This document shows, piece by piece, positions 46,577-56,417 of a stretch of 64,000 nucleotides of DNA. Source of the stretch: Fibrobacterota bacterium (GTDB lineage: Bacteria; Fibrobacterota; Fibrobacteria; UBA11236); NCBI GenBank assembly GCA_947482115.1, contig CANKII010000002.1, positions 424,137 to 488,136 of the forward strand. The letters are read 5' to 3'. Positions within the stretch are counted from its first letter, which is position 1; each line of letters opens with the position of its first letter. A program made the position numbers and the translations under genes. Below the pieces are notes generated by a model. It worked only from the letters and a program-made list of their open reading frames with translations. It ran no database searches and was not told the DNA's origin.

Positions 46577-47647
46577 ATGGCGCAAAACAAACAATTACCC
46601 GATTTGGCTCTGGGCAAGCGCTGGCCTCATAACCTGTTGCAAATGTTTCCGGCGGGCTGGAAGCGGCGCTATCTGTTGCGGAAAAGCGGCGGAGATACGG
46701 CGAGTCCAGTGTTTAATCTCACGGAAAGCCTGAATACGGCGAAACGATTTCTCCTTATTTGGCCGGAACGCGCCGAGGATGTCTTGCTGGCTTTTCCCGC
46801 CATGCGGGTTTTGAGGGAAACTACCGGTACGGATTCCGTCTATGCCCATCTTTGCCGCGCCGATTTGACGCCGTTGATTGCCGACCTCTTTCCGGGTGAA
46901 CAACTGCTTTCGTGGACGCGTGAGGATTTGGCCTGGCATGAACCGGCCGTGCAATCCGAGGCGGAATCGTTGCGGACTTTTTCGCCGGATATTTCCATCA
47001 ACTTGATGCGCCCGAGTCCCACGGTGATCAAGGCTCTGGTGAAAGCTTCTGGGGCGCCTTTGAGAATGGCTGTGGATGACGGGGATGCTGCGTATGCGAA
47101 TCTGCGCGTGAAGGCCGAACCGGACAGTTCGCTGGCCTCGCTTTATTTTCAGTTTCTGAACTCATGGCGTTATGCCGGATTGAATCCGCAGGAACATTGG
47201 CCACGGCTTCCATTCGATGCGGATGAACGACAGGATGCTGCGGAAGCATGGGCGGCTTCAGGTGCTTCGCCGGAACGGACTTGGTTGTACGTCTATAATC
47301 CTGAAGACACCGCCCATCCACTGGACGATGATCTTTATGTGTGGTTGTGGGAAAAAATTCAGACGCGGGAATCTTCCGAGGTTTTCATGGGGCTGGTGGT
47401 TTTGAATGCGCCGAACAATTTGGTGGCGCGGGATGGAAAGTGGCGGGATGTTCCGGTCGTGAAATCTTCGAGTCTTTCCAGTTTCTCCAGCATTGTGGAC
47501 ATGGCCCGTGGCGTTGCAGCCTTTCAAGGCCCGGGACTTCACATTGCCAGTCTGACCGACGTGCGTTGCCTCGCGTTTTTAAAACGCGAGGAGTCGGCCT
47601 ATGACGTTTCGGATTTGAATAAAATGTTTACGGTGGAATGGATTTAA
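46577..47647 (+). CDS. Glycosyltransferase family 9-like (heptosyltransferase-like)
   Basis: RFLLIWPERAEDVLLAFPAMRVLRE matches the GT9 N-terminal pattern. C-terminal FQGPGLHIASLTDVRCLAF matches DSGPMHLAAALG.P. Divergent member, moderate confidence. Confidence 0.55.
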   Translation: MAQNKQLPDLALGKRWPHNLLQMFPAGWKRRYLLRKSGGDTASPVFNLTESLNTAKRFLLIWPERAEDVLLAFPAMRVLRETTGTDSVYAHLCRADLTPLIADLFPGEQLLSWTREDLAWHEPAVQSEAESLRTFSPDISINLMRPSPTVIKALVKASGAPLRMAVDDGDAAYANLRVKAEPDSSLASLYFQFLNSWRYAGLNPQEHWPRLPFDADERQDAAEAWAASGASPERTWLYVYNPEDTAHPLDDDLYVWLWEKIQTRESSEVFMGLVVLNAPNNLVARDGKWRDVPVVKSSSLSSFSSIVDMARGVAAFQGPGLHIASLTDVRCLAFLKREESAYDVSDLNKMFTVEWI

Positions 47648-47648
47648 C

Positions 47649-47695
47649 GTCGACATTGTAGGGGCAACCCGGCGGGTTGCCCCTACAATGTCGAC
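47649..47695. terminator. Perfect 21-bp-stem palindrome between convergent genes (bidirectional terminator candidate)
   Basis: gtcgacattgtaggggcaacc-cggcg-ggttgcccctacaatgtcgac. It starts 1 nt after one stop codon and ends 1 nt before the other. Confidence 0.7.
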
Positions 47696-47696
47696 A

Positions 47697-48785
47697 TCAC
47701 AAATATTTTTTCCACTTCGGATTCGCCTGCACCTGTTTCACCAAATCCTTCAGCCGTGCCGAATGGGTTTTGGGAACCACCAGCGTGACGCCACCGTGTT
47801 GAACCACCAGTAAATCCTTCACGCCGAAGGTGCAGACAATGCCTTCATCGGAGAAGCAGGTCGTCCCTTCGCTTTCCAGTTGCAAGGTTTCGCCAATGGC
47901 GCGATTGCCCTTGGCATCCGCCGCATGCAACCGATCCAGTGAACTCCATGCGCCGATGTCATCCCATTTGAATTCCGGGATCACCATGCGGATGCGCTCG
48001 GCTTTCTCCAAAATTCCGTAATCGATGGAGATGTCGGGAATCGAAGCGTAAATGCGTTTCAATTTGATTTTAAACGATGCCTTGCGCGGATCCAAATCTC
48101 CCGCAGCTTCAAAGGCTTTCGCCGTTTGCGGCATGTGCTTTTGGAACTGTTGCCAGAGATAATCCACGCGCCATGCGAACATGCCGCTGTTCCAGAAAAA
48201 TTTTCCGGAGTCCACATACTGTTTGGCTTTTTCCGCAGAGGGTTTTTCATGAAACCCTGCCACTTCCAGAATTTTCAAATCCTTTTTGTCAGGTTTGATT
48301 CGCGAATCCCCTTTGGACTCGACGTATCCAAAACCCACATCCGATCGCGTCGGTTGAATTCCGAAGGTTACCAGACAATTCCCATCCGAGGCAACTTGAG
48401 CCGCCGCCTTCATGGCACGTGCAAATTCCTTGGGAGGTCGAATGGCATGATCCGCAGTGAGAACCAGCATCACGCCTTTGGGATCTTCCCGCATGATGAG
48501 TCGGGCTGCCAATGCGACTGCAGCAGCGGTGTTCCGTCCCTGAGGTTCCGCCAAAGTGAGCACTCGGCTCATGCCTTTGGTTTTTGCCTTCACGGGCTTT
48601 TCCAGATTTTTACTGACGACCAGCCGAACCGGAGCGGTTTTACTGAAGGAACGGATGTTCTTGAGCGTGTCTTCCAGCATGGATTGCTGGGTAACCAATG
48701 GCAATAATTGTTTGGGGTGCAGGGAATTGCTGTACGGCCAAAAACGCTCCCCTTTTCCCCCTGCCATGACAACGGCGTGAATCAT
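47697..48785 (-). CDS. manC: Mannose-1-phosphate guanylyltransferase
   Basis: MIHAVVMAGGKGERFWP.S nucleotidyltransferase motif. ATG 48785 is preferred over the track start 49001. Confidence 0.88.
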   Translation of the reverse strand: MIHAVVMAGGKGERFWPYSNSLHPKQLLPLVTQQSMLEDTLKNIRSFSKTAPVRLVVSKNLEKPVKAKTKGMSRVLTLAEPQGRNTAAAVALAARLIMREDPKGVMLVLTADHAIRPPKEFARAMKAAAQVASDGNCLVTFGIQPTRSDVGFGYVESKGDSRIKPDKKDLKILEVAGFHEKPSAEKAKQYVDSGKFFWNSGMFAWRVDYLWQQFQKHMPQTAKAFEAAGDLDPRKASFKIKLKRIYASIPDISIDYGILEKAERIRMVIPEFKWDDIGAWSSLDRLHAADAKGNRAIGETLQLESEGTTCFSDEGIVCTFGVKDLLVVQHGGVTLVVPKTHSARLKDLVKQVQANPKWKKYL

Positions 48786-48912
48786 TCCAAGTTCCCTTCG
48801 AAAGGCCAAAATTATACGATTTTCGCAGTTCTCTTTCCCGGGAAAGATTTTTTTTCTGTCATCGAATGATTCAAGGCGTGAAAAATCCCGGCTGAAGGTA
48901 TTATCAAGAGCT

Positions 48913-49779
48913 ATGGCATCGTTAACCCGGCATCTGACCCAAGATGCGCATGTCGATCTCCACATGCATTCGACCCTCTCAGATGGCGGGCTTCCCGTCA
49001 AGGAGTTGATCGATCATTGCATCAGCCAGGGGCTTTCGGCCATTGCCATCACCGATCATGACAACATTGATTCCTATGAAGAAGGTCGTGAATACGCTGA
49101 GGAAATGGGAATTGAGTACATCCCCGGTGTGGAGGTCAGTTCCTACTGGGAAGGGAACGATATTCACATTCTGGGCTATCTCTACGAGCCGACTCATTTG
49201 GGTTTGAACCGGACCTTAATTTCCCTGAAGCAGCGCCGCAGGGAACGCGCCACGGAAATCGTTAGGCGTCTTGCAGTGCATGGTGTCGAGATCAATTACG
49301 AGAAGTTGGAGAAGAAAACCCACGGTGGTAGCATTGGCCGTGCCCATATTGCCTCGGCTTTGGTGGAAGAGGAATACGTTTCCACTTTTCAGGACGCTTT
49401 TACCCGTTACTTGGGAAACAGCACCAAGGTAATGGAAGGGATTGAAAGCGAAAAGTTGACGCCGCAGCAGGCCATTCAACTGATTCTCGATGCCGGTGGA
49501 ATCCCTGTCATGGCACATCCCTCCAAAACCAACCGCGATGACTTAATCCCGTCCCTGGTCGAATACGGTCTCAAGGGAATCGAAGTGTATTGTCATGGTC
49601 ATGGTTCCTCCTGCTTCCGCAAGTACAAGGAGATTGCCAAAAAGAACGACCTTTTGTGCTGCGGAGGGGCGGACTTTCACGTGCCCCGCAAGGATACCCG
49701 ATATGCACCAGGGAGCCTGCGCATCCCTTATGATGTGCTGGGAAAGCTCAAAAACGTCAAAGAAGGCGCTTGCGTTTAG
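48913..49779 (+). CDS. PHP-domain phosphoesterase (TrpH/YciV-like)
   Basis: VDLHMHSTLSDG, AITDHD and MAHP motifs. Confidence 0.88.
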   Translation: MASLTRHLTQDAHVDLHMHSTLSDGGLPVKELIDHCISQGLSAIAITDHDNIDSYEEGREYAEEMGIEYIPGVEVSSYWEGNDIHILGYLYEPTHLGLNRTLISLKQRRRERATEIVRRLAVHGVEINYEKLEKKTHGGSIGRAHIASALVEEEYVSTFQDAFTRYLGNSTKVMEGIESEKLTPQQAIQLILDAGGIPVMAHPSKTNRDDLIPSLVEYGLKGIEVYCHGHGSSCFRKYKEIAKKNDLLCCGGADFHVPRKDTRYAPGSLRIPYDVLGKLKNVKEGACV

Positions 49780-49853
49780 ATATTTGATTATTATTTGACA
49801 ATCGGTTTGAATCTCTCTAGCTTTGGGGTTAAGATTCCAACCCACCTGAAGTT

Positions 49854-50840
49854 ATGAAACCCAAGACCCATAAAATTTCCGCGCTTGAAACGCTATTTGC
49901 GCGGATTTTTCGCATTGTCGAGGGCAAGGAATATCTCGTCAACATCCATTGGGGAGCTCGTCGCAATTCCTTTTCCCGGCCATTGCACTTGTCCCTCATC
50001 CGTATTGTGATGGGAACGGCTGCCGTCGTCTTGCTGGGTTTGGCCTGCCTTTCGTTCGAGGTGGGGCGATGGGGCGTCACCGAGTTGCGCTACCGGTTTG
50101 CCCAAACATCCCATCACCGCTATGTGAACCGGCTTCAGGGTGTACAGACATCCTTCAGTTCCTTTGAGACAACATTGGATACCATCTTTCGGCAGGAACA
50201 AAAGATGCGTGCGCTATACGGAATCAATTATCTGGGTTCCGGATACGGTTCGTTTGGTGTGGGTGGTCGTACCCATCTTTCTGAAACGGATCTGGATCTT
50301 TCCAGCGGTTTATACCAAACGCTTTTCAAGGACATGCTGAAAAGTCACCAGTTGCGCGGTAAAATGGACTTCACTTTGAAAAACCTGCGTCAAATATCCG
50401 AGTTTGTAACCTATCGCAGTAATTTGTGGGATCACACTCCTTCAGTCGCTCCTGCCCGTGGCGAGTGGACCAGTCCTTTTGGTTATCGTGTCAATCCGGT
50501 TACGGGACAATACGTTCTGCATGCCGGTTTGGATATTGCCGGCAACCGTTGGACTCCCATTTACTCCCCTGCGGATGGCATTGTGAATACTGCGGAGCCC
50601 AGCGAAGATTATGGGAACATGATTATTCTCGATCATGGAAACGGTTTTCACACCAAATTTGCCCATCTTCAACGGATTTTGGTGGAAAAGGGCCAGTTGG
50701 TAAAACGTTACACCCTGCTCGGCTACATGGGAAGCACGGGTCGGGCTACGGGAGTCCATGTCCATTACGAGGTTGTCCGGGACGGCTCTCTTCAGAATCC
50801 GGAAAGGTTTATCCTTCCTCCGGGTTTAATGGTGGATTAA
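49854..50840 (+). CDS. M23-family metallopeptidase
   Basis: N-terminal TM helix, coiled region, and the H.G.D / HLH. motifs (LHAGLDIAG.., GSTGRATGVHVHYEV). Confidence 0.9.
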   Translation: MKPKTHKISALETLFARIFRIVEGKEYLVNIHWGARRNSFSRPLHLSLIRIVMGTAAVVLLGLACLSFEVGRWGVTELRYRFAQTSHHRYVNRLQGVQTSFSSFETTLDTIFRQEQKMRALYGINYLGSGYGSFGVGGRTHLSETDLDLSSGLYQTLFKDMLKSHQLRGKMDFTLKNLRQISEFVTYRSNLWDHTPSVAPARGEWTSPFGYRVNPVTGQYVLHAGLDIAGNRWTPIYSPADGIVNTAEPSEDYGNMIILDHGNGFHTKFAHLQRILVEKGQLVKRYTLLGYMGSTGRATGVHVHYEVVRDGSLQNPERFILPPGLMVD

Positions 50841-50853
50841 CCAAAATCCCCGA

Positions 50854-50881
50854 TTTTCCTGCAAGATTTTTTGCAGGAAAA
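50854..50881 (+). terminator. Hairpin terminator candidate after the M23 peptidase gene
   Basis: ttttcctgcaa-gatttt-ttgcaggaaaa, an 11-bp perfect stem. No long T-tract follows. Confidence 0.5.
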
Positions 50882-51041
50882 TCAAATTCCGTTCTGGTAC
50901 GTTTTAAGCAGCGGCATACAAGGAATGACGATATATTTCCGTTGCCCTGTTTCCCGGTATCCGTCCGGGAGACTTTTTTGCTTTTTTGCAATGTTTTTTG
51001 GGATTCAACTTGAGTTTTCGAATTGAGAAAGTGAGGGGAAT

Positions 51042-51839
51042 ATGAAAAGAAAGACCATTCACATTCTGGTCGCCGCACTGTTGCTGATTGGAAGCAATGC
51101 ATTGTTTGCCCAAGTCGCAAGACCCGCAGGCACATACGGCTGGTTTGGCAAAACGATCTCGGTCGATCGTTCCCGTCAGCTCTATGTCGGACTGAACGCA
51201 AGCATGTGGGTGTTTTATGATCTGCCCAATGCCATACTTTACCAAGCCTGGCAGGGTGGCGCCACGGGTGGAGCTTATGTGACTGGGGCTCCCCAGACCG
51301 TGACCCAGGAATACTGGTTCTGGAACGGTACCCCGCAATTCCCCCATGTCTATAGGACTTCCGGAACGAACTACTTCAAGGACAGCGTGAGTGAATACTT
51401 CGCCAGTTATACAAAACCGGCGGACATTACGACCCATTACACCAAGTGGCCCAAGCAGCCACTGAATGCCACTTGGGGCGGCCCCTACCGGTCGTGGTCG
51501 GTGTTGAACAACAGCGCGAATGTGGGTGCCAAGGTTCGTTTCCGTGGCTATACAGTTTCCACAACGAATATCTTTGCGTTGAAATTTGGTCTCATCCTTC
51601 CCGGTGGCGGAGAAATCAGCGTAACGGAATCCCCGGAATACTCCAACCAGCCTTCGGGAAACCATCTCGTTCGGACTTTTACTTTCTCGGGAATCCCCTC
51701 GGGCTATCAAGTTCGTCTGGAACACATGGGCGGCACCAACGCCGCCGCCTGGTCTGTAACTTCGGGATCGGCGACAATACAAAGCGGTGGCATGGTGCAA
51801 ACCGCCGACGGCCAAACCATTTTGAACGGTTCTTTTTAA
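51042..51839 (+). CDS. Secreted hypothetical protein
   Basis: Signal peptide MKRKTIHILVAALLLIGSNALFA. Aromatic and Gly-rich beta protein with no recognised family. Confidence 0.65.
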   Translation: MKRKTIHILVAALLLIGSNALFAQVARPAGTYGWFGKTISVDRSRQLYVGLNASMWVFYDLPNAILYQAWQGGATGGAYVTGAPQTVTQEYWFWNGTPQFPHVYRTSGTNYFKDSVSEYFASYTKPADITTHYTKWPKQPLNATWGGPYRSWSVLNNSANVGAKVRFRGYTVSTTNIFALKFGLILPGGGEISVTESPEYSNQPSGNHLVRTFTFSGIPSGYQVRLEHMGGTNAAAWSVTSGSATIQSGGMVQTADGQTILNGSF

Positions 51840-51849
51840 GGGGGATGTG

Positions 51850-53793
51850 ATGAACTTCATCAAATACTTGATTCCGTTCGCACTGGTTTCATTGGGATTT
51901 GCCCAGACCCGCGCTGGAAGCGGTGCTCCAGTGGCCGGTGCGCATCCTTCCTATACGGTCACGGACATCCGGCCTACAACCGGAACCGCCAGCGCCGCTA
52001 GTGTGCCATGGCCCAATACCGGAGGGGCGTTGTCCTTTCCCATTGGCGGCATGGATTTCATGTCAGATGGTCGTTTGGTGGTCACCAGTTGGAGAGACCC
52101 TTATGAAGTCTTCATCGTGAGCAACGCGATTATCGGAAGCACTCCGAAATCCGCCACTGTGACCAAATTCGCCACCGGACTTTCGGAGGCCATTGGCGTC
52201 AAGGTGATCAACGATTCCATCTACATCCTCGAAAAAGATCAAGTCACCTTGCTGTTGGACAACAACAACGACGGCACGGCTGATGAATACCGGGCGATTG
52301 CTTACGATTGGACCAAGTCGGTGAACTCGAAGGAGTACGCCATGGGCTTGCCCTACGACGGAACTTATTTCTATGCCGCTTTTGGGGATCCGACCATCAG
52401 CAATGCCACCGCTGTTGATCCCGCTCCAGCGGGCCGGCAGAACGGTGTTCTCCGTTTTCGCAGAAGCGACGGGGTCACGGAACCCTTTGCCGCCGGATTG
52501 CGGGTGCCGGGTGGCATGAGCTATGCATTCGGTCAGGTATGGGTGACGGAAATTCAGGGAGGTTATCGCCCCTCCAGCGTGGTTTACAATCCCAAGTACG
52601 GGCGTTTCTACGGTCGTCCCATTAATCCTCCCGCCGTGTTTCAACCTCTTACGGTGCCGATTCCTGCTAAGGACAGCTTTCCCTATGACAGCCCGGATTT
52701 GTCGGCTGCGGCTGCGACGCCCTTCGTCTTGAACCTTCCTTTCAAGAACACCGGCGTTTCCGGGGCGGGGCCCATTGGATGGCAACGTTCGCCAGCCCAG
52801 CTTGTCGAAATCAAGTCGGGTCCTTTTGTGGGCCAGATGCTCGTGTCCGAATCGGATAACGGAGAAAGTGGATCGGGCGAAATGATCCGGGCTTTTGTGG
52901 AACAAACCCCTGACGGAGAGTATCAGGGTGCGGTCTTTCACTTCACCAGTAACAAGGTTTTTGGCGGTACTACCGCACCCAGCGGCTTTAGCAAGAATGC
53001 CTGCATGGCCTTGATTAACGGTCCCGATGGCAATGTTTATTGCGGGGCCAACGGGGCGACTTCCGCCGGCTGGAGTCGAAACACCAGCGTCGGTTTGGAT
53101 CGGATTTCCCTGAGCGGAGCCGCAGTTCCTTTTGACATGCTGGCCGTGCGCAGCACCGGTCCGAATACTTTCGAATTCCAGTTCACCCAGCCGCTGGCCG
53201 CCAGCCTTGGCAACGATGTTTCAGCCAATCTGACCGTGCAAAAATGGTGGGATCGCATGTCCGATGAATATGGCTGCTGTCGCGTGGGTACCGCCAATCC
53301 CGCCTCCCGATCGATCAAGACGGTGGCCACGGTAAGCGGTGGTGTGGCAACAGTGCAAACGGATCGCACCAAGGTGACTGTAACTTATCCCGCGAGCACC
53401 CTCACCCCGCATTGGCAGTATTATTTCAAATGGAGCGACAACATCAAGAACGAATCGGCCCAGACGCTGTATGGGGCCGAGGTGTTTTACACGCTCAACG
53501 CATTTGGTCCTGCAACCCAGATCGTGTCCGTGGAAAAGAATCATTCTCCTCTTGCCCAGGGAACTGTCTTCCACATGTCCAGAACCTTGGCAGGTTTGGA
53601 AGTTCAAACCCTGTTCAACGATGGCAAGCCTTATAGGGCCAGTATCGTGGATTTGAGGGGCCGAAATATCGCCAGTCACAATGGCAAGGGTTCGGAAAGT
53701 TTCATGTTCGATCGCGGCTCGCTGCCGGTCGGGACTTACATCCTGAAGATCCAGCATGAAGGCAAAGTGTACTCCCGGCTTGGAATTCAGTAA
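51850..53793 (+). CDS. Secreted beta-propeller protein (sugar-dehydrogenase-like fold?) with a T9SS-type C-terminal sorting domain
   Basis: Signal peptide. The segment MDFMSDGRLVVTSW..LSEAIGVKVINDSIYILEKDQVTLLLDNNNDGTADEY resembles soluble glucose/sorbosone-dehydrogenase-like propellers. C-terminal ..LPVGTYILKIQHEGKVYSRLGIQ resembles Por_Secre_tail. Confidence 0.6.
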   Translation: MNFIKYLIPFALVSLGFAQTRAGSGAPVAGAHPSYTVTDIRPTTGTASAASVPWPNTGGALSFPIGGMDFMSDGRLVVTSWRDPYEVFIVSNAIIGSTPKSATVTKFATGLSEAIGVKVINDSIYILEKDQVTLLLDNNNDGTADEYRAIAYDWTKSVNSKEYAMGLPYDGTYFYAAFGDPTISNATAVDPAPAGRQNGVLRFRRSDGVTEPFAAGLRVPGGMSYAFGQVWVTEIQGGYRPSSVVYNPKYGRFYGRPINPPAVFQPLTVPIPAKDSFPYDSPDLSAAAATPFVLNLPFKNTGVSGAGPIGWQRSPAQLVEIKSGPFVGQMLVSESDNGESGSGEMIRAFVEQTPDGEYQGAVFHFTSNKVFGGTTAPSGFSKNACMALINGPDGNVYCGANGATSAGWSRNTSVGLDRISLSGAAVPFDMLAVRSTGPNTFEFQFTQPLAASLGNDVSANLTVQKWWDRMSDEYGCCRVGTANPASRSIKTVATVSGGVATVQTDRTKVTVTYPASTLTPHWQYYFKWSDNIKNESAQTLYGAEVFYTLNAFGPATQIVSVEKNHSPLAQGTVFHMSRTLAGLEVQTLFNDGKPYRASIVDLRGRNIASHNGKGSESFMFDRGSLPVGTYILKIQHEGKVYSRLGIQ

Positions 53794-53829
53794 GCCGGAC
53801 TGTCTGAAATCAACAGGAGAGTGAAAGCG

Positions 53830-54975
53830 ATGAAACGCAAAAGCGTAATATGCCTCGGAGCTTTTTGCCTCCTTGCCGGAATGCCATTGGCTCAACCGAC
53901 ATCCGCAACCCACGCCGATTCCGGCTGGGTTGCCTTGTTTAACGGAACGACCTTCGACGGCTTATACACCTACATCTCGGGCACGGGTAAAGCCAACCCC
54001 GCGAATCAGACCACTTATGTCATCCAGCCTGAGAGCTCGATGGTCAAGGTAAGCGGAACTCCCGCCGGATTTTTGGGAACCGTCCGGCAATTTTCGCATT
54101 ACAAGGTGCGGGTGCAATGGCGATGGCCGGCAGGGACAACGGCGACCAACAACGCCGGTTTGCTGGTGCACATCGACAGTGTGGCGATGCTTACCTACAC
54201 CAGCGGCAATCGTCCGCGTTCCATCGAAGTGAATATGCGCCGCGATACGCAGTACCCCTTCAGTCTGTGGTCGGGACAGAATTTCGGACCCTATATCACG
54301 ACCAAGGTGACTGCGGTTCCGGCGACAAACACCGAGGGACAGTACAATCCCGCAGGCGTGGTCTGGACCAATGATCCGTGGATGAGCATGGGCCGGGTCA
54401 TTTCTGGAAGCCTGCAAACCAATCCGGAGCTGCCGATCGGGCAATGGAACACGGGCGAAGCCGATTTGTACGGCGACAGCGGCACATTCATCATAAACGG
54501 ACAGATTCGCACCAAGGGCTGGGATTTTCAGAATCGTGTGAATATCAACAACCCCACCCCCCGAGTCGCCTGCACCAAGGGCAGCATTGGATTGCAATCT
54601 GAAAGCGGCCAGATTTTCTACAGAAACTATGAGATCATGGAATTGGATTCCGTGACGAACGTGCCGGTTCACGCCACGCGCGGATGCACCAACCGGACCG
54701 CCACGAACTATAACTCCCACGCCGTGGTGGATAACGCCACCTGTGTTGGAGGAACCGCCGTGATGTTCAACTCCTATTCATCGCCGGATGTTGGCGCCCG
54801 TCTTTTTCTGAATGATCCGCAGGGTTCATGGGTCCAAATTCCCAGTGGATATTCCGGAGCCGAACTGTATAACCTGATGGGCCGTAAAGTCTGGTCTATC
54901 CGTGGCTCAAATATGCGGATGCAGGTTCCTGCCAGTGTGGAAACCGGAGTCCTTCGCGTTCGTTTGCTGCCTTAA
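53830..54975 (+). CDS. DUF1080 (3-keto-disaccharide hydrolase-like lectin fold) protein with a T9SS-type tail
   Basis: WVALFNGTTFDG.. and ..IGLQSESGQIFYRNYEIMEL bracket a DUF1080 domain. The C-terminal ELYNLMGRKVWS...GVLRVRLLP is sorting-tail-like. Confidence 0.7.
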   Translation: MKRKSVICLGAFCLLAGMPLAQPTSATHADSGWVALFNGTTFDGLYTYISGTGKANPANQTTYVIQPESSMVKVSGTPAGFLGTVRQFSHYKVRVQWRWPAGTTATNNAGLLVHIDSVAMLTYTSGNRPRSIEVNMRRDTQYPFSLWSGQNFGPYITTKVTAVPATNTEGQYNPAGVVWTNDPWMSMGRVISGSLQTNPELPIGQWNTGEADLYGDSGTFIINGQIRTKGWDFQNRVNINNPTPRVACTKGSIGLQSESGQIFYRNYEIMELDSVTNVPVHATRGCTNRTATNYNSHAVVDNATCVGGTAVMFNSYSSPDVGARLFLNDPQGSWVQIPSGYSGAELYNLMGRKVWSIRGSNMRMQVPASVETGVLRVRLLP

Positions 54976-54984
54976 GAAAATCCC

Positions 54985-55024
54985 GGTCGTTGAGTCCGCC
55001 TTAGGCGGATCGAAACGACCTTTT
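54985..55024 (+). terminator. Nested hairpin (REP-like) / terminator candidate
   Basis: ggtcgtt-[tccgcc-tta-ggcgga]-..-aacgacc followed by tttt. A related ggtcgtt..aacgacc hairpin lies at 21286-21311. Confidence 0.5.
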
Positions 55025-55083
55025 CATCCCCTCCGGGTCGTTTTTTATACTTTCGATTCGCGTGTCCTTACTTAAAAACAATC

Positions 55084-56388
55084 ATGAAATCTGATCCGAA
55101 AGCCTTTTCACTCAGGCAGGTGATGCTGTGGGGATTTTTGATTCTCGGGTTGCAAACTCCCGGTTTCAGTGAGATGGAAAGGACCTATCTCACGTTGGCG
55201 GTCATCGACCTTGCCGGCACCCGGGAGGCGAATGTCAACGTTCAGGAAAGGCAAAGCCTGACGGATGTGATTCGGGGTGTGGCCCGCAAGCAGCTCTCCG
55301 TTGCCAAATGGATCGTCCTCACCCGTGAAAACATCAGGGAGCAGCTGGATTCCGGAATGGATGTTTCGAATTGCGAGGACAAATGCGTGGTCGAGGTCGC
55401 CCGGAAATTAAAGGTCGATTATATCGTTTCCGGCGCCATTACGCGTCTGGGTTCCGAGTTGCACGTGAACATGAATTATTACGACATCGACGACATTGAG
55501 ATAGGGAATGTTAAAGGATCCGCATGGGCAAATGGAACCGATGCGGGGAGTTTGATCGCGCCTTTGGAAAAAGCCTCCGACAGCATGTTCATCAGTCTGG
55601 GAAAGCTTCATCCGCTTGAAGATACGGCGGCCATGAAAGCCCGTGCGAAGGCGAACAAGGAGTGGGACAGCCGCATTGACAATCAGACTTCTCCAAAATC
55701 TTTTGGTGTGGGCCTGCATTGGACTCCCGTCTTTGGTTTGGGAGTGAAAAAGGATGCGGGGAATTTCACCAGTCCCGACCTGATTTTCCGTTCCCTGAGT
55801 CTGGAACAAAAAGGTGTGTCCGGATTACAGGGCGTCGGCTTGAAGTTCTGGATGGGGGAACATCTCGAAGCCACGGTGGGCATGCAGTTCGGCTATTACG
55901 ATGTCAATCTGGTGGCGGATACCACGCGCTATCCGCTGCATTTCAACCTGGGCCGTCCGCTGCTTGCAGCGAAGCCCTATTTTTCGCGCTATATGGCCGA
56001 TGCGGCCTATCTGTATTCCTTCAATGTGGTGCACGTTCCGCCTGCTGTCAAATTTCATGCGGGGGGTGGATTGGCCCTCAGCTCGTCCACCAAGGTGATG
56101 ACACCTGCCTTTGCGGAAAGCGTGGTTCAAACCGCGATCGACAACGGAACATTCAATCCCCAAACAGGCACGAACGCCGAGATGGTCCGGATAATCGATG
56201 ATGCGTTCAAAAAAGAGAAAGCTGCAATCGGCGGGGGAGTCTTTGCGCAACTGGGCGCGAGATACAGGCCGCTCGCCATGCCCTTTGCAACCTATCTCGA
56301 CATCAAGTACCACGTTCTCGTATTGAATCCCGATCCGATTTCCGGACCCGATTTCACTTTGGAATTGGGCGCGGCCTTTTTGTTCTGA
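55084..56388 (+). CDS. Two-domain outer-membrane protein: LpoB/CsgG-like N-domain plus a beta-barrel paralogous to 23962-24720
   Basis: Signal peptide. The N-domain reads LAVIDLAG......L.D.IR.......W.VLTRENI...L........C.....G..L.VDYIVSG.I..LG. The C-terminal barrel ends ..LELGAAFLF. Confidence 0.65.
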   Translation: MKSDPKAFSLRQVMLWGFLILGLQTPGFSEMERTYLTLAVIDLAGTREANVNVQERQSLTDVIRGVARKQLSVAKWIVLTRENIREQLDSGMDVSNCEDKCVVEVARKLKVDYIVSGAITRLGSELHVNMNYYDIDDIEIGNVKGSAWANGTDAGSLIAPLEKASDSMFISLGKLHPLEDTAAMKARAKANKEWDSRIDNQTSPKSFGVGLHWTPVFGLGVKKDAGNFTSPDLIFRSLSLEQKGVSGLQGVGLKFWMGEHLEATVGMQFGYYDVNLVADTTRYPLHFNLGRPLLAAKPYFSRYMADAAYLYSFNVVHVPPAVKFHAGGGLALSSSTKVMTPAFAESVVQTAIDNGTFNPQTGTNAEMVRIIDDAFKKEKAAIGGGVFAQLGARYRPLAMPFATYLDIKYHVLVLNPDPISGPDFTLELGAAFLF

Positions 56389-56417
56389 TATCTGTTCCGA
56401 AGTGCCGGCTTCCGGCT

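Noticed and set aside
50904-51863. 319-aa ORF on the - strand
   Set aside because: Antisense to 51042-51839, which has a proper signal peptide and an RBS-like gaggg upstream. The antisense product has no features.
52063-54720. Three long - strand ORFs (52063-52941, 53221-53913, 53962-54720)
   Set aside because: All lie opposite + strand genes that have signal peptides, recognisable domains and sorting tails. They are shadow ORFs.
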